Positions 38,721 through 50,760 of a stretch of 64,000 nucleotides of DNA are shown here, piece after piece. The notes beneath the pieces were generated by a model. That model had not been told where the DNA came from. It did no database searches and saw only the letters and a program-made list of their open reading frames with translations. The position numbers and the translations under genes were made by a program. The stretch is from Glaucostegus cemiculus. Taxonomy: Eukaryota. The stretch lies in the NCBI GenBank assembly GCA_976551045.1, contig CDPCPM010000744.1, forward strand, positions 12,462,001 through 12,526,000, given 5' to 3'. The first letter of the stretch is position 1, and the number at the start of each line of letters is the position of its first letter.

Positions 38721-39544
38721 TTCTGTGATTCTCTATCAGTATGTGTCGCTTCTCTTGCCTCACCCTGAAAGTTAACCTGCCTTGGATCAATTTACACTAG
38801 TCTGCTCGCAGCTTCTCAACATATGCTCGCAGCCTCCCTTCATGTAACACTCTGGTAACACAATCTAGCCTTGTGTAAGGGAACACTGCTCCCAACAGCA
38901 ATCCTAGAGAGTCGGTACACCTCCCCTTCTAATGTTATTAGAATTCCTTCCAAAATAAGTACCTGAGTATGTGGTGAAGGCTGGCTTTGCTTGCCCTGCT
39001 TTGGGCGGGGGTGGAGAGTGTTTGGAAATGGGCGTATTTTTCCCAGATGTTCCTGCTGGAAGCTTCCTCCAAATTGCTTTAGAATTTGTAGTCACTGGTG
39101 AGCTGACCACAACATCTAGGCCACTGTCCGTCAGTTGACTGTGAGTCATTATCAGCCCGGAAACGGTCAGCTCTGCACTGGCCCAAGACACGAACAAAGT
39201 AGATGCGGGCCCAGGTCTGCAAAATTATGCAGGAAGGGGAGCCAAATTTTCTTATTTAACATGAGGCGTTCCAGGCAGCTCGCTCCGTATCGTTGTCTAG
39301 ACTGGCCTGGAACAGCGGACAGGAGCGAGATAAGACAGCTGGTTGAGTAGTGCTGCAACAACAACTTCTCGCTCAACTTCAACATAACTAAAGATCTAAT
39401 CATGGACTTCAGGAAGGGGAAGGAGGTCGAACATACGCATGGGATATTCATAGGGGAAAGTGGTCGCCATTTGCACATCCTCCAGATAGATCAGCAAAGA
39501 TTAACAAGCATTCTGCACCCTCTAGAGAGGTGTCAGTTGGCTTT

Positions 39545-42114
39545 TCCTGGTGTGAGTTCCATGTCCCCTCTGTCAGCTTCTTAGGATATATCATTGAGAG
39601 CGGACAAGTAAATGCAGATCCTGAGAAGATCCAGGCTTTGGCGGAGTGGCCTCGACCCACGACTCGCAATCAACTCCAACAGTTTCTGGGGTTTGCAAAT
39701 TTCTATCGTCGTTTCATGAGGCATTATAGTCGAGTGGCAGCGCCCCTTACTCGACTTACTTCACCTAAGGTCCCTTTTCTGTGGAGTCCTGAATCTGACT
39801 CTGCATTCTCGGACCTGAAGAAACGCTTCACATCCTCGCCCATCCTGGTCCAACCAGACCCCTCCCGCCAATTCATTGTGGAGGTCGACGCCTCTGACTC
39901 TGGGGTAGGAGCGGTCCTCTCTCAAACTTGGATCAAAGACTGCATCTCTGTGCTTTCTTTTCTCGCCGATTGTTCCCCGCGGAACTCAACTATGACGTGG
40001 GGAACCGAGAGTTACTAGCAGTCAAGCTTGCATGAGAGGAGTGGAGGCACTGGCAAGAGGGAATAGAACATCCGTTCATCCTTTGGACAGACAGACCATA
40101 AGAACCTAGAATATATACGGACTGCAAAACGCCTGAATTCCCGTCAAGCACGGTGGGCATTATTCTTTGGCAGGTTTCGGTTTACACTAACATATCGTCC
40201 TGTGTTCAAGAATGGGAAGCCCGATACTCTCTCCCGGCAATATTCTACCGAGGAGGACCATCCTAACTACAAGACTATCCTTCCCCAGACCTGTGTGGTG
40301 GCGGCCCTCACCTGGGAAATTGAGGCTGTAGTGAAGAAAGCCCAACAGACCCAACCGGACCCAGGCAATGGACCGCCCAATCGCCTTTTTGTACCTGAGT
40401 CTGTGCGGTCTCAGGTCCTGCAGTGGGGACATTCTTCTCGATTCGCCTGCCATCCGGGAATTGATAAGACACTTTTTCTCCTAAGGAAACACTTCGAGTG
40501 GCCCTCCATGGACGCTGATACTCAAAGGAACGAGTAGTTTCTGCCTGTACTGTCTGTGCCGGTGGAAAAGCCTCCTCCCAACGACCTGCTGGACTGCTTC
40601 TCCCCTTATCTGTACCTAGCCGTCCGTGGTCGCATACCGCCCTGGATTTTGTCACGGGACTGCCCCATTTTCACGGGAACACTGCTGTCCTCACCATTGT
40701 GGACCGCTTTCCAAGTGCATTTTGTGGCCCTTCCCAAACTCCTTACAGCTCGGTAGACAGCCGACCTGGTCGTCCAACACGTCTTCCGTCTCCATGGGAT
40801 TCCTGAAAACATTGTCTCCGACCGGGGTCCCCAGTTTGTCTCTGCTGTATGGAGTTCTTTTTGTCAAGCCCTTGGAACATCCGTAATCCTATCGTCTGGT
40901 TTCTATCCACAGACAAATGGCCAGACGGAACGGGCAAATCAAGATTTGGAAACTGCACTACGCTGCATAACTGCAAATGACACTTCGACATGGAGCACCC
41001 ACCTCGCTTGGGTGGAGTATGCCCACAACTCTCTGGTCTGCACTGCTGCTGGAAGATCCCCCTTTGAATGCTCACTCGGGTACCAACCTCCTCTCTTCTC
41101 CATCCACGGAGAAGAGATTGCCGTGCCCTCAGTTCAAGACCATCTCCACCGTTGCCACAAGGTCTGGGAGGACACACGTGCAGCCCTGCTCCGTACCGCT
41201 GATCGCAACCGGAGATTTGCTGATCGTCGGCGGGTTCCCGCACCTCTGTACCAGCCTGGGCAGAAGGTTTGGCTCTCGGCTAAGGATATCCCCCTGAAGG
41301 ATGAGCCCAAGAAACTAGCTCCTCGCTTCTTGGGACCTTTCGAAATAGAGCGGATCGTTAATCCCACCACAGTCGGGCTCAAATTGCCCAAGACCCTGAG
41401 GATACATCCCACTTTCCACGTGTATCAGGTGAAGCCAGCGGCTAGCAGTCCATTGTGCCCTCCAGCCAAGCCCCGCCCCCCTCCAGATTGTTGATGACTA
41501 CCCAGCGTACACTGTCCGGTGTTTATTGGATGTACGCCGCTGGGTAGGGACCTGCAGTACTTGCTCGATTTGGAGGGATACGGTCCGGAGGAACTTTCCT
41601 GGCTTCATTTATTTATCCAAATAATTATTTTGGCTCCTCCTTCCATCGGAACCATCCTGACAAGCCCGGCGGGTCGCCGGGAGGTTTCCGTTGAGGGGGG
41701 TGGTACTGTCATGATTCTGAGTACTGGCCCTTGATTTGGTTCCTTAGGTGCCTCATTGTAGAGCACATGGATTCCATGCTGGACTCATTGCATAATGACA
41801 CACACCTGAGCCCCATCAGGTGCCTAGCATAAGTACTTGGGTTTCGGTAGCATTAGTTGCCAGAGTATTGGTCAACCTTCGGATATACTTTGGCTCCTTG
41901 CTGCTTAGAGTGGTCAACTCTCGAGCAGTCCTGCGTTCTCTCATCCTGCTTGAATATTCAGTTTGTGTTGGGATTACTACTCAGATCTCCGAGGCAAGAT
42001 TCCTTCCCGTTGCTGCCTGTGTCTGGTCCTGAGTAAGTATCCTGACTCCAGTCTTGTACCAGTGTTCCGCATTTGGGTTCTCTGTGAGCTTGATCTTCGA
42101 TCAACAGTGTGACA
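39545..42114 (+). mobile_element. 5'-truncated Gypsy/Ty3 chromovirus (sushi/Tf2-like): RT end, RNase H, integrase, chromodomain, PPT, 3' LTR
   Basis: [15 protein letters not shown]…[11 protein letters not shown]; [13 protein letters not shown]; [10 protein letters not shown]; GQTERANQ; [10 protein letters not shown]; LQYLLDLEGYGPEE chromodomain; PPT GAGGGGGGTGGTAC 41693-41706. Confidence 0.95.
41707..42114 (+). mobile_element. Gypsy 3' LTR (408 bp)
   Basis: TGTCA…TGACA termini directly after the PPT. Confidence 0.85.
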
Positions 42115-42887
42115 AATATTGATTCACTACAAAAAAGTGGGAGAAGAAAACTTGGTTAGGCTTGAGGAAAGGGACCCCAAACAAAGATCCGATTATCAGC
42201 CTCCGCTCTGTGAATTTTGATATTGATGGAATGTGAACGTCGGAAACTCCAGAACCCCAATCGGTGAAACCGGCAGCATTCACCCAGAAACATTCAAAAA
42301 TGTGATGGACAGATCATGCATCGCATTTATACACTCGCAGGCAGTTCATGGTAGAAACGACAACGGCTGCAGCAAATGATTGACAGCGATGGCCGACAGA
42401 AGCACTGTTGACCGGGTGGTTGGGGATGCTGTTTCCCTGCTGTGTGACTTTCCTAAAATCACCAAGTATTGTCTACTCGATGTCGCTGTACAGTAAACAC
42501 CTCACACGCAAATACATTGTAATTTAATGCACATGAAAATGAGTCAAATGATCCTGAGAGATCGCATTAAGCCTCTGATGGCTTTATTTGACTGATATAG
42601 AATCACATATCAACCTGGTCTATAGGGGAGACGTGCGATCGTTTATTCAGGCGGATATAGGGAGACCAGTCCAGTAAAACTCTGAGCTGGTCGAACACAC
42701 CCCTGTCGGTTCTTGTTCTTCCAAGCACCCTGCATTTTTGTAGTTCCGCGACACCAACTGAACCATTTATTAATCCTCCCCATTGCAACATTCCCACTTG
42801 GAGCAATCTGAGATTCTAATAAATCCAGTTACAATGCCTATTCTGTTCACCCCATTCATTAACTAACAGGCAATTATTAAATCCACG

Positions 42888-43695
42888 TCAGAGTCTGACG
42901 GTCCAAAGAAGTAATGTGAAGGGAAACTTAATCACAATCCTCAGTTCGTCTGTGACATTTGACAGAGGCAGACCGTAAATAAACATGTTTGTGCAGGAAA
43001 TCAGGATTTCAAGCATGTCCCCGGCTGAAAAGGCCATAGATAGAGGGTAATGCCATCCTGGGTAAGTGTGTGAGTTGGCAAAAGTCGACTACATGAAGAC
43101 CACCACCTCCGTCAGCTCCAGGAGAATAAAACAGCCCGACACACAGAACAGTAAAATGAGAGACTTAATTCCACTGTCCATTTACGGGTCCTCCTATTTC
43201 CAGCTACTGATTGAGCGACGAACTTCCTGCGGAATCTGCTCGCCACCGGGAGAGATCTGACCGTCTCAAGCAATAACAAGGAATGGAAGCAGAGGGGTTA
43301 AAATGTTGTCAAGCTAATCGAATGCAACCATTCCGGGCAGGGAGTAATATTCTACCTTTTCAGTACATCCAACAAACACATAAAATTCATAAGATTCAGA
43401 CTCAGACCAAACACTGTTCCTATCACCATCCTGGCGGTTCTACCCGCGCAGTACCTGGTTTTAAAGTTCTGGCAACCAGACGAAGCAGTCTAAGGACGCA
43501 AACGTCATCACCTTCTGCAGGATGCATGGTTCAGTGTAAGGCATGAACGTGCAAACTCTAGTAAAAATGCTATGTCTCACCACGTTGAAAAAGACGGCCA
43601 GTAGATCTGCTGCGGCCATCGCCACGAGATAGTGAGTAATACACCGGGAGATCCGCACCTTCACTGCCCCAGAACGACTATCGCCACTGAACAAC
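42888..43695 (-). pseudogene. Heavily decayed GPR139/GPR142-like GPCR exon 2
   Basis: Acceptor tttccgcacAG; VAIVVLGQ*RCG/ISRCITHYLVAMAAADLL…SLDCFVW [DRF segment deleted] CQNFKTRYC…LTPLLPF…KSLILLFCVSGCFILL…SCTNMFIY…IKFPF…*; stops, frameshifts and deletions. Confidence 0.9.
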
Positions 43696-43807
43696 CTGTG
43701 CGGAAATGAACATAAATGTTTTCGAATCTGGTCATCAGGTTGGAATTGCTCTCGCTGTTTCTGTAAATGGCGCAGGTGTGTCCCATACATCGGATGGAAT
43801 AGACGTA

Positions 43808-43860
43808 TGTTATATACTAGGTTACAATTGGTGAATGTCCCTTTAAGATAGGGCATAGAG

Positions 43861-43891
<31 letters not shown>

Positions 43892-44446
43892 GGGGGGTGC
43901 TTACGTCAACAGAAGATAAAAAGAGTGTAATAACGTTGTTAGAGAGAGGGGGAGAGAGAGAGAGGAAAAGAGAGGGACAGCAGTCTGCTTGTTTCTATCA
44001 ATGGAATAAAAACAGTAACTGTGTCTATCACGACAATCCACTTATGGATTTCTGGAGTAATCTAGTGCAGGCCACTTTGTCGTTAACCTGTGGAAGGAAA
44101 CAGGTGTTTGTGTGGACGGCTACGACTCGGAAGCTTATCAGAGTAGCAGACGATTTGGAACAAAGTGGTGGAGCTCACTTCGCCGTTGACCTGTAGAAGG
44201 AAACAGGTATTTGAGTGGATGGTCATGATTTGGGAATTTTCGGGGTGAGGAAGTTACTACCGAGTAAACACTGAAGTGTCGTTTGGGTTCTCAACTGGAA
44301 CATTTGGATTTCTTAATTCCTCTCTAAGTTTTCTCTATATATTTGGTCTTCAGTCGACGGTGCTTCTGAAGAAGCCTTCACTCATGTTTCTTCTTACTGA
44401 ACTGAACTTTAAGAACCATTCCTGGACTTGGAGTTTAGGAATCTGC

Positions 44447-44483
<37 letters not shown>

Positions 44484-44643
44484 TTTAGATTTGGGGATAA
44501 TGTTTAAGATTCTAACATTTTCATTTCTAATATTCTAACTTTTTTATCTTTATTTTTCTTATTATCATAAGTAGTTATTAATAAAGTAGTTTTTAACAGT
44601 GAATGATGACTTGGTGAGTTTCTTTTGTTCCTGGTTCGTAACA
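43808..44643 (+). mobile_element. Solo LTR (836 bp)
   Basis: TGTTA…TAACA termini; 4-bp TSD CGTA/CATA (one CpG-type mismatch); AATAAA at ~44580; internal (TG)n and (CA)n tracts. Confidence 0.75.
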
Positions 44644-44699
44644 CATACGCTCCAGAGCTCTCGCTCTTTTGACCAGCTTTGTGTGTAGCTCCATCGAAC

Positions 44700-45248
44700 T
44701 GTGCGAAGCAATAAGTACACAAACACCAAGTGTCACTGCCTGCTGAGGCTACCTGTCCCCGGTGTTTTGAAGGAAGGGTCTGGCCTCAGGACCGTACATT
44801 ATCCCATTCAGTTGGATTTTGCCGAACTACCGGTGGAAAAGTTTCAGCAGAAAAGAATCTTTAGCCACAAGTCCACCGTGTGATGGTCGGCACCGGACAT
44901 CCTGCAGGCCCTGTAGGAGTAATACACGGTGCTTTCTGTGGAGCAGTTCCCCAAGCAAACTATCCAAACTATCTGGCGGGATGCCTCACGGCCAGAACTC
45001 GCCAACAAGCTCCAAAATGTCACTGGGCTGGCAGTGAGAGGGACCCTCCCCGTCAGATTCTTCGAGTACAGCTGCAGTCTCTGCGGGACGGCTGCGAGGG
45101 TGGGGTGAGACGGTCGATCTACTCTTTCATGTCTGTGGATTTGCGGAGAAGGTCTGGAGAAGAATACAAAGGTACTTGTCGAGGTTCATCCCGAACAGTT
45201 GCGTAACAGACGGCTCTCGGATCCCCGGGCTATTCCAAGACACATACA

Positions 45249-45316
<68 letters not shown>

Positions 45317-45675
45317 ACTGCTGCTGGGATTTCAGCCTCTCTGTGAATGGCGCACTTTGGTCTGCCTGTGTAGAAGTCTTCCAGTGTAAGGAGATAACCT
45401 TGAGGGAATGCTGTCGACTGGCACATTCCAGACTGCAGAAATATGTGCTGAGTGACGCACTGAAGCTCCGTGCAACCAATGCAAAGGCTCCGTGCGGAAG
45501 GACAGCCGGCTGAGGTCCTGCGGCCACTGGATACTGAGGGGCCTGTGTAAATGGGTGTATTCTCTCAAATGGGTGCATTGTTAAAGCAGCAAACTGGAGA
45601 AATAACGCTGATGCATGCAGAGAACGCATTTAGTCGTTGTATTTACTGTATAGAGTATGAATAAAGTATATTTAA
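44700..45675 (+). mobile_element. Tx1-clade non-LTR retrotransposon 3' fragment
   Basis: FPKQTIQTIWRDASRPELANKLQNVTGLAVRGTLPVR…ETVDLLFHVCGFAEKVW zinc-knuckle region; ECCRLAHSRLQKYVLSDAL; AATAAA at ~45660. Confidence 0.78.
45251..45313. repeat. (AG)n microsatellite within the Tx1 fragment
   Basis: Direct reading. Confidence 0.98.
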
Positions 45676-46299
45676 GGTAGCAAGAATGAAGAGATGTTTA
45701 TTCAATAGAAGAGTGGGCATCTCTGGACATTCCTAACCCTGAGGCCAGTGGAGGCATTGCCTTTCATTTCATAGAAAGCTGGGAGTGATACGTTTCTGGA
45801 TACTGGAGGAATGAAGGGATGTGTGTGTTGTGGCGGGAGGAATGTCTAAGGAAATTGGATCTGAGGAAGATCAGCCTTCATCTGATTGACCTTAAAGATG
45901 TTCTGCACACACTGTCAACTCTTCCTGCGCCCGTTTTGTACCCAAGTGTTTGCAGACCCTCAAGGATTCCTTGTTTCCATCAGCCGAGATGTTTGGCTGT
46001 AAATCACAAAGTAAATTACCAGACAAAAAGGCATCAAAATATGAATGCATCAGGCTTACACCCACTGACACCTCCCAGCCGGCACGTGCAAGTATCCCTC
46101 AGTCTCCACCCAGCTCATAGGATTCACCTGCCGCTCGTTCCAGACTCATCACCTGCAGCCTATTTAACCCCAGTTCTCCTTCCGTCCTTGTTCATTTATC
46201 GAATCACCCATTCCCAAACAGTTGCTCCCAGCCTTAATCTCACGGCTAGAGGTCACCTTGTTGCATGCGTGTTTAGTTTCTGTTCTCTTCTGTTTTAGA

Positions 46300-47480
46300 G
46301 CCCCTGGTGACTTCAATATTTTGGATATTATTAAAGTCATATTAGAATCCCCTCCATGCCAAGGACATATCTCCTCGGATAACGGGACTAAAATTGTACA
46401 CACAATTTCAACGTGGTCTCACCAAAGGCTTGTACAACTGCAGCAAAATATTCATGCTCCGGTACTCAGTTCCTTTTACAATGAAGGACAACATGCAATT
46501 TGCCTTGTTGCCTTCTTGTTGCCCCTCAATGATTGCTTCCAGCAACCGGTGTACAAGGATCCCTTGGTCTCACTGCATCTTCACTTTTCCCAATCTTTGA
46601 CCATTCTGATAGCATTCCTTTCTGATTTTAGATCTTAACTAGATAACATCACGTTTCTCCATGTTGTGCCACGACTGCCTAATCATCTAACTTGTTTAAA
46701 TCACACCGAAGCATCTCGTCATTCTATTCAAAGCGCTCAACTCCACCCCTCTACACTCTAGGAAAGTTTTATGCCGTATGCAAACTTGGAAACGTTAAAT
46801 TTAATTTTCTCTTCAAACCCCTTGGTTTGCGTCGTGAATGCTGAGCACCCCGCCACTAATCCACGTAACAGACACAATTCAGTAGCTGCAACCCCAAAAA
46901 AATGCCGATTTATTCCGACTGTCTCTTTACTGTCTGTCAACTAATTCGCAATGGACACCATTATGTTAGTCCCAATCATGTTGCTTCAGATGTACACACT
47001 AACTTCTCATAGGGGAAGATATCAAAAGTCCTCCGAAAGTCAAAACTGTCCACATCCACTGAATCTCCCTTATGCATTTTACAATTTCGATCCTCAAGAA
47101 ATACCTCTAGGTACGTATACTAAGCATGATATTCTTTTCATAAACGCAGCCTGAATTTGTCCAGTCCTGTTACTGCTTTTCAAGTGTTTTGTTATTCCAT
47201 CTTTTATAATAGATTCCAGCATCTTGCCATTACTGGCACTCGGCTTACTTGTATGGAAATCGGCGTTAATCGCTTTCCATTCCTTATTTAACAACTGGAA
47301 TTACATGTGCCACCCTCCAATACACAGGAAATTCTCCAACGTGCAAAGTACTTTGGAAGATGACTTCAGTTCATCCATTATTTCTATAACCAATTCCATC
47401 AGTTTTCTGGGATATAGATTATCCATCCTGGGAATATGTGAGCATTTAACCCCGTTAATATCCCTAGCATTATTTATTTA
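46300..47480 (-). mobile_element. Old degraded CR1 RT fragment
   Basis: GKMLESIIKDGITKHL, KFNVSKFAY on the minus strand. Confidence 0.75.
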
Positions 47481-47659
47481 GTGATACGTATCTCCTTCAG
47501 GTTATCCAGCTCCCTAAATATTTGATGCCCTCACATATTTTGTTAACTTATTTGGTTTTACTTTGTGAAAATGCATCCAACGCTTGTGCCATTTATTTTA
47601 CGAAAACGTTTCTCCCCACAGATTTGCACATTTCATTTAGTCTTTTACGATACCATGGA

Positions 47660-50600
47660 AGCATAGAACAATACGGCACAATACAAGCTCATGTTGTGCC
47701 TTGCATCAAACCACAGTATCTAACTTTTCCTCCCACATATCCCTCTATCCCACATTCCTCCATATACCTATCCAGTAACATCCTGAACCTGCCCAACGTA
47801 TCTGCCTTCACCACCACCCCAGGCAGCACATTCCATGCACCAACCACTCTCTGAGTGAAAACCCACCCTCTGACATCCCTCCTGAACTTCCCACCCATAA
47901 CCTTAAAGCCGTGCCCTCTTGTATTGAGCACTGGTGCCCTGGGAAAGAGGCGCTGGCTGTCCACTCTATCTATTCCTCTCAATATTTTACACCTATAGCA
48001 TGTCACTCCTTATCGTCTTCCTCTCCAATGAGTAAAGCCCTATCACCTTAAGCCTCCCCTCATACGCCATACGCTCTAATCCAAGTAGCGTCTGTGGTAA
48101 ATCTCCTCTGCACCATCCCCAACGCCTCCACATCCTTTCTATAACGCGGCAACAAGAACTGAACACAGTACTCTAAGTGTGACAGAACTGGAGTTTTGTC
48201 AAGTTGCATAATCAGTTCGCGGCTCGAACTCAATCCCACGATTTATGAAGGTAACATCCCAGAGGCCTTCTTAACTGCTCTATCCACCCGTGAGGCAACT
48301 TTCAGTGATCTGTGGCTATCAACCCCCAGATGCCTCTGCTCCTCTACACTGCCAAGTACCTTGCCATGTACCTTGTACTCTGCCCTGGAGTTTGTCCTTC
48401 CAACCTGTACCACCTTACACTTATCCGGATTAAACTCCATCCGCCACTTGTCTGCCCAGCTCTGCATCCTATTAATGTCCGTCTGTAATATCCGACAGCC
48501 CTCCACACAATCCACAACACCACCGATCATAGTTTCATCCGCAAACTTACTAACCCAGCCTTCCACCCCCTCATCTAAGTCATCAATAAATACAACAAAA
48601 AGTAGAGGTCCCAGACCCGTTCCCTGTGGGACACCACTAGTCACAGCCCTCTAATCCGCCCTGGATCCCTTGGCCTCTGATGAAGCCTACCATGAGGAAC
48701 CTTATCAAACGCCTTATTCAAATCCATGTAGACCACATCTGCCGCACTGCCCTCATCAATATTCATCGTCATCTCCTCAAAGAACTCTGTCAGGCTTAGT
48801 GAGGCAAGGTCTTCCCCTTCACAGAGCCATGCTGCTTGTCCATAATCAGTCCATGATTCTCCAGGTGTTCATAGATCCTGTCCCTTAGAATCCTTTCTAA
48901 TAGCTTACCCACCACAGACGTGAAACTCACCCGTCTGTAATTCCCTAGGCTATCCCTACTATCTTTTTTTTAAACAAGGGGACAACATTCGCCACCCTCC
49001 AATCCTCCGGTACCATCCCCGTGGACAACGAGAACTCAAAGATCCTTACCAGCGTTTCAACAATCTCCTCCCTCACCTCTCGAAGCAACCTGGGGAATAT
49101 TCCGTCCGGCCCCGGAGACTTATCTGCCTTGATATTATTTAACAACTTCAACTCATCCTCTCTCTTGATATCAACATACTCGAGAACATTACACTTAACA
49201 GCACTCTCTTCAGCGTCATCAAGACCCCTCTCCTTGGTGAATACCGAAGGGAAGTATTTATTGAAAACTTCTTCCACTTCCGCCGCCTCCAGGCACATCC
49301 TCCAACCTGTGTCTTTAATCTGACCTACCTTTATCCTAGCCATCCTTCTGCCCTTCACGTACGTGAAGAAAGCCTTGGGATTTTCCTTAACCCCACTGTC
49401 AAAGCCTTTCCATGTCCTCTTCTTGCTCTCCTCAGCTCTTTCTTAAGTTTCTTCCTTGCTACTCTATATTCCTCATGGATCCTGTCTGAGCCTTGCTGTT
49501 TACATCTTATGCATGCTGCCTTCTTCTTCCTAACCAGATGTTCCACCTCTCTCATCACCCACGGTTCCTTCACCTTGCCATTCCTTCTCTGTCTCACCGG
49601 GACAAAGTTACCCCTAACATCCTACAAAAGATCCCTGAACATCGTCCACATTTCAATAGTGCATTTCCCTTCAAAAAGGAAATCCCAATTTGCACTCGCA
49701 AGTTCTCTCCTTACAGCCTCTTAGTTCGCCCTTCTCTCAATTAAATATCTTCCTGTCCTCTCTGCACTCATCCCAGCCCATGACAATTCTAAAGGTTGCG
49801 GAACTATGGTCACTGTCCCCCAAATGCTCACCCACAAATAGATGCTTCACCTGTCCCGGTTCATTTCCTAAAACTGGATCTCACATGGCATTCCCTCGCA
49901 GTAATCCATCCTGGACACATTTAACAAACTCCGCCACTTCTAATCCTTTGGCACGAAACAGGTTCCAGCCTATATTTGAGAAGTTAAACTCTCCCATTAT
50001 AACAACCCTGTTATTTTTGCTTCTCTCCAAACATAGCCTGCCAATCCGCTCCTCTATATCTCTACTGCTACCAGGGATAAATAGAATACACCTAGTAGAG
50101 CAACTGCTCCTTTCTTGTTCCCTACTTCCACACATATTGACTCAAGAGAGGATCCTTCTGCAATGTCCACCCTTTCCGCAACCGAAACAGTGTCCTTGAC
50201 CAATATTGCCACCCCTCCTCCTCTTCTCCCCCCTTCCCTATCCATTTTAAAACACCGAAAACCAGGAATATTCAATATCCACTCCTGCCCTGACGTCAGC
50301 CATGTCTCAGTAATAGCCACAATATCATCGTCCCCCATATTTATCAAAGCCCTCAGTTCACCTCCGTTATTCCTGACGTTTCTTGCATTTAAGTAAATGC
50401 ACTTTAGTCAATCCACTTTACTCCTTTTATAGCCTGTACTCTTGTTTCTCCGTCCCCAAAGTCCCTCTAACTGTTTGATCTAACTTTTTCCCATCCCCTT
50501 CTTCCTTTGGCCTACTCCTCAGGTTCCCTTCACCCTCGCAAACTAGTTTAAACCCTTTCAAGCCACCCAAGCAAGGATATTGCCCCCCACTTCTGCTTCC

Positions 50601-50760
50601 AGTGTAACTCGTCCTCTCTATGCCGGTCTCACATTCCCGAGAAGAGATCCCAATGATCCAGAAATCCAAAACCCTCCCTCCTGCACCAACTTCTCAGCCA
50701 CGCATTTATCTGCCATTTCCTCCTGTTGCTGCCTTCCCTATCGCGTGGCGCTGGCAGAAA
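47660..50760 (-). mobile_element. CR1 LINE (end of ORF1 plus ORF2, disrupted)
   Basis: DIVAITETWL, KSPGPDGIFPRLL, TSGVPQGTGLGPLLF, SKFADET, NTRGHGFKV. Confidence 0.93.
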
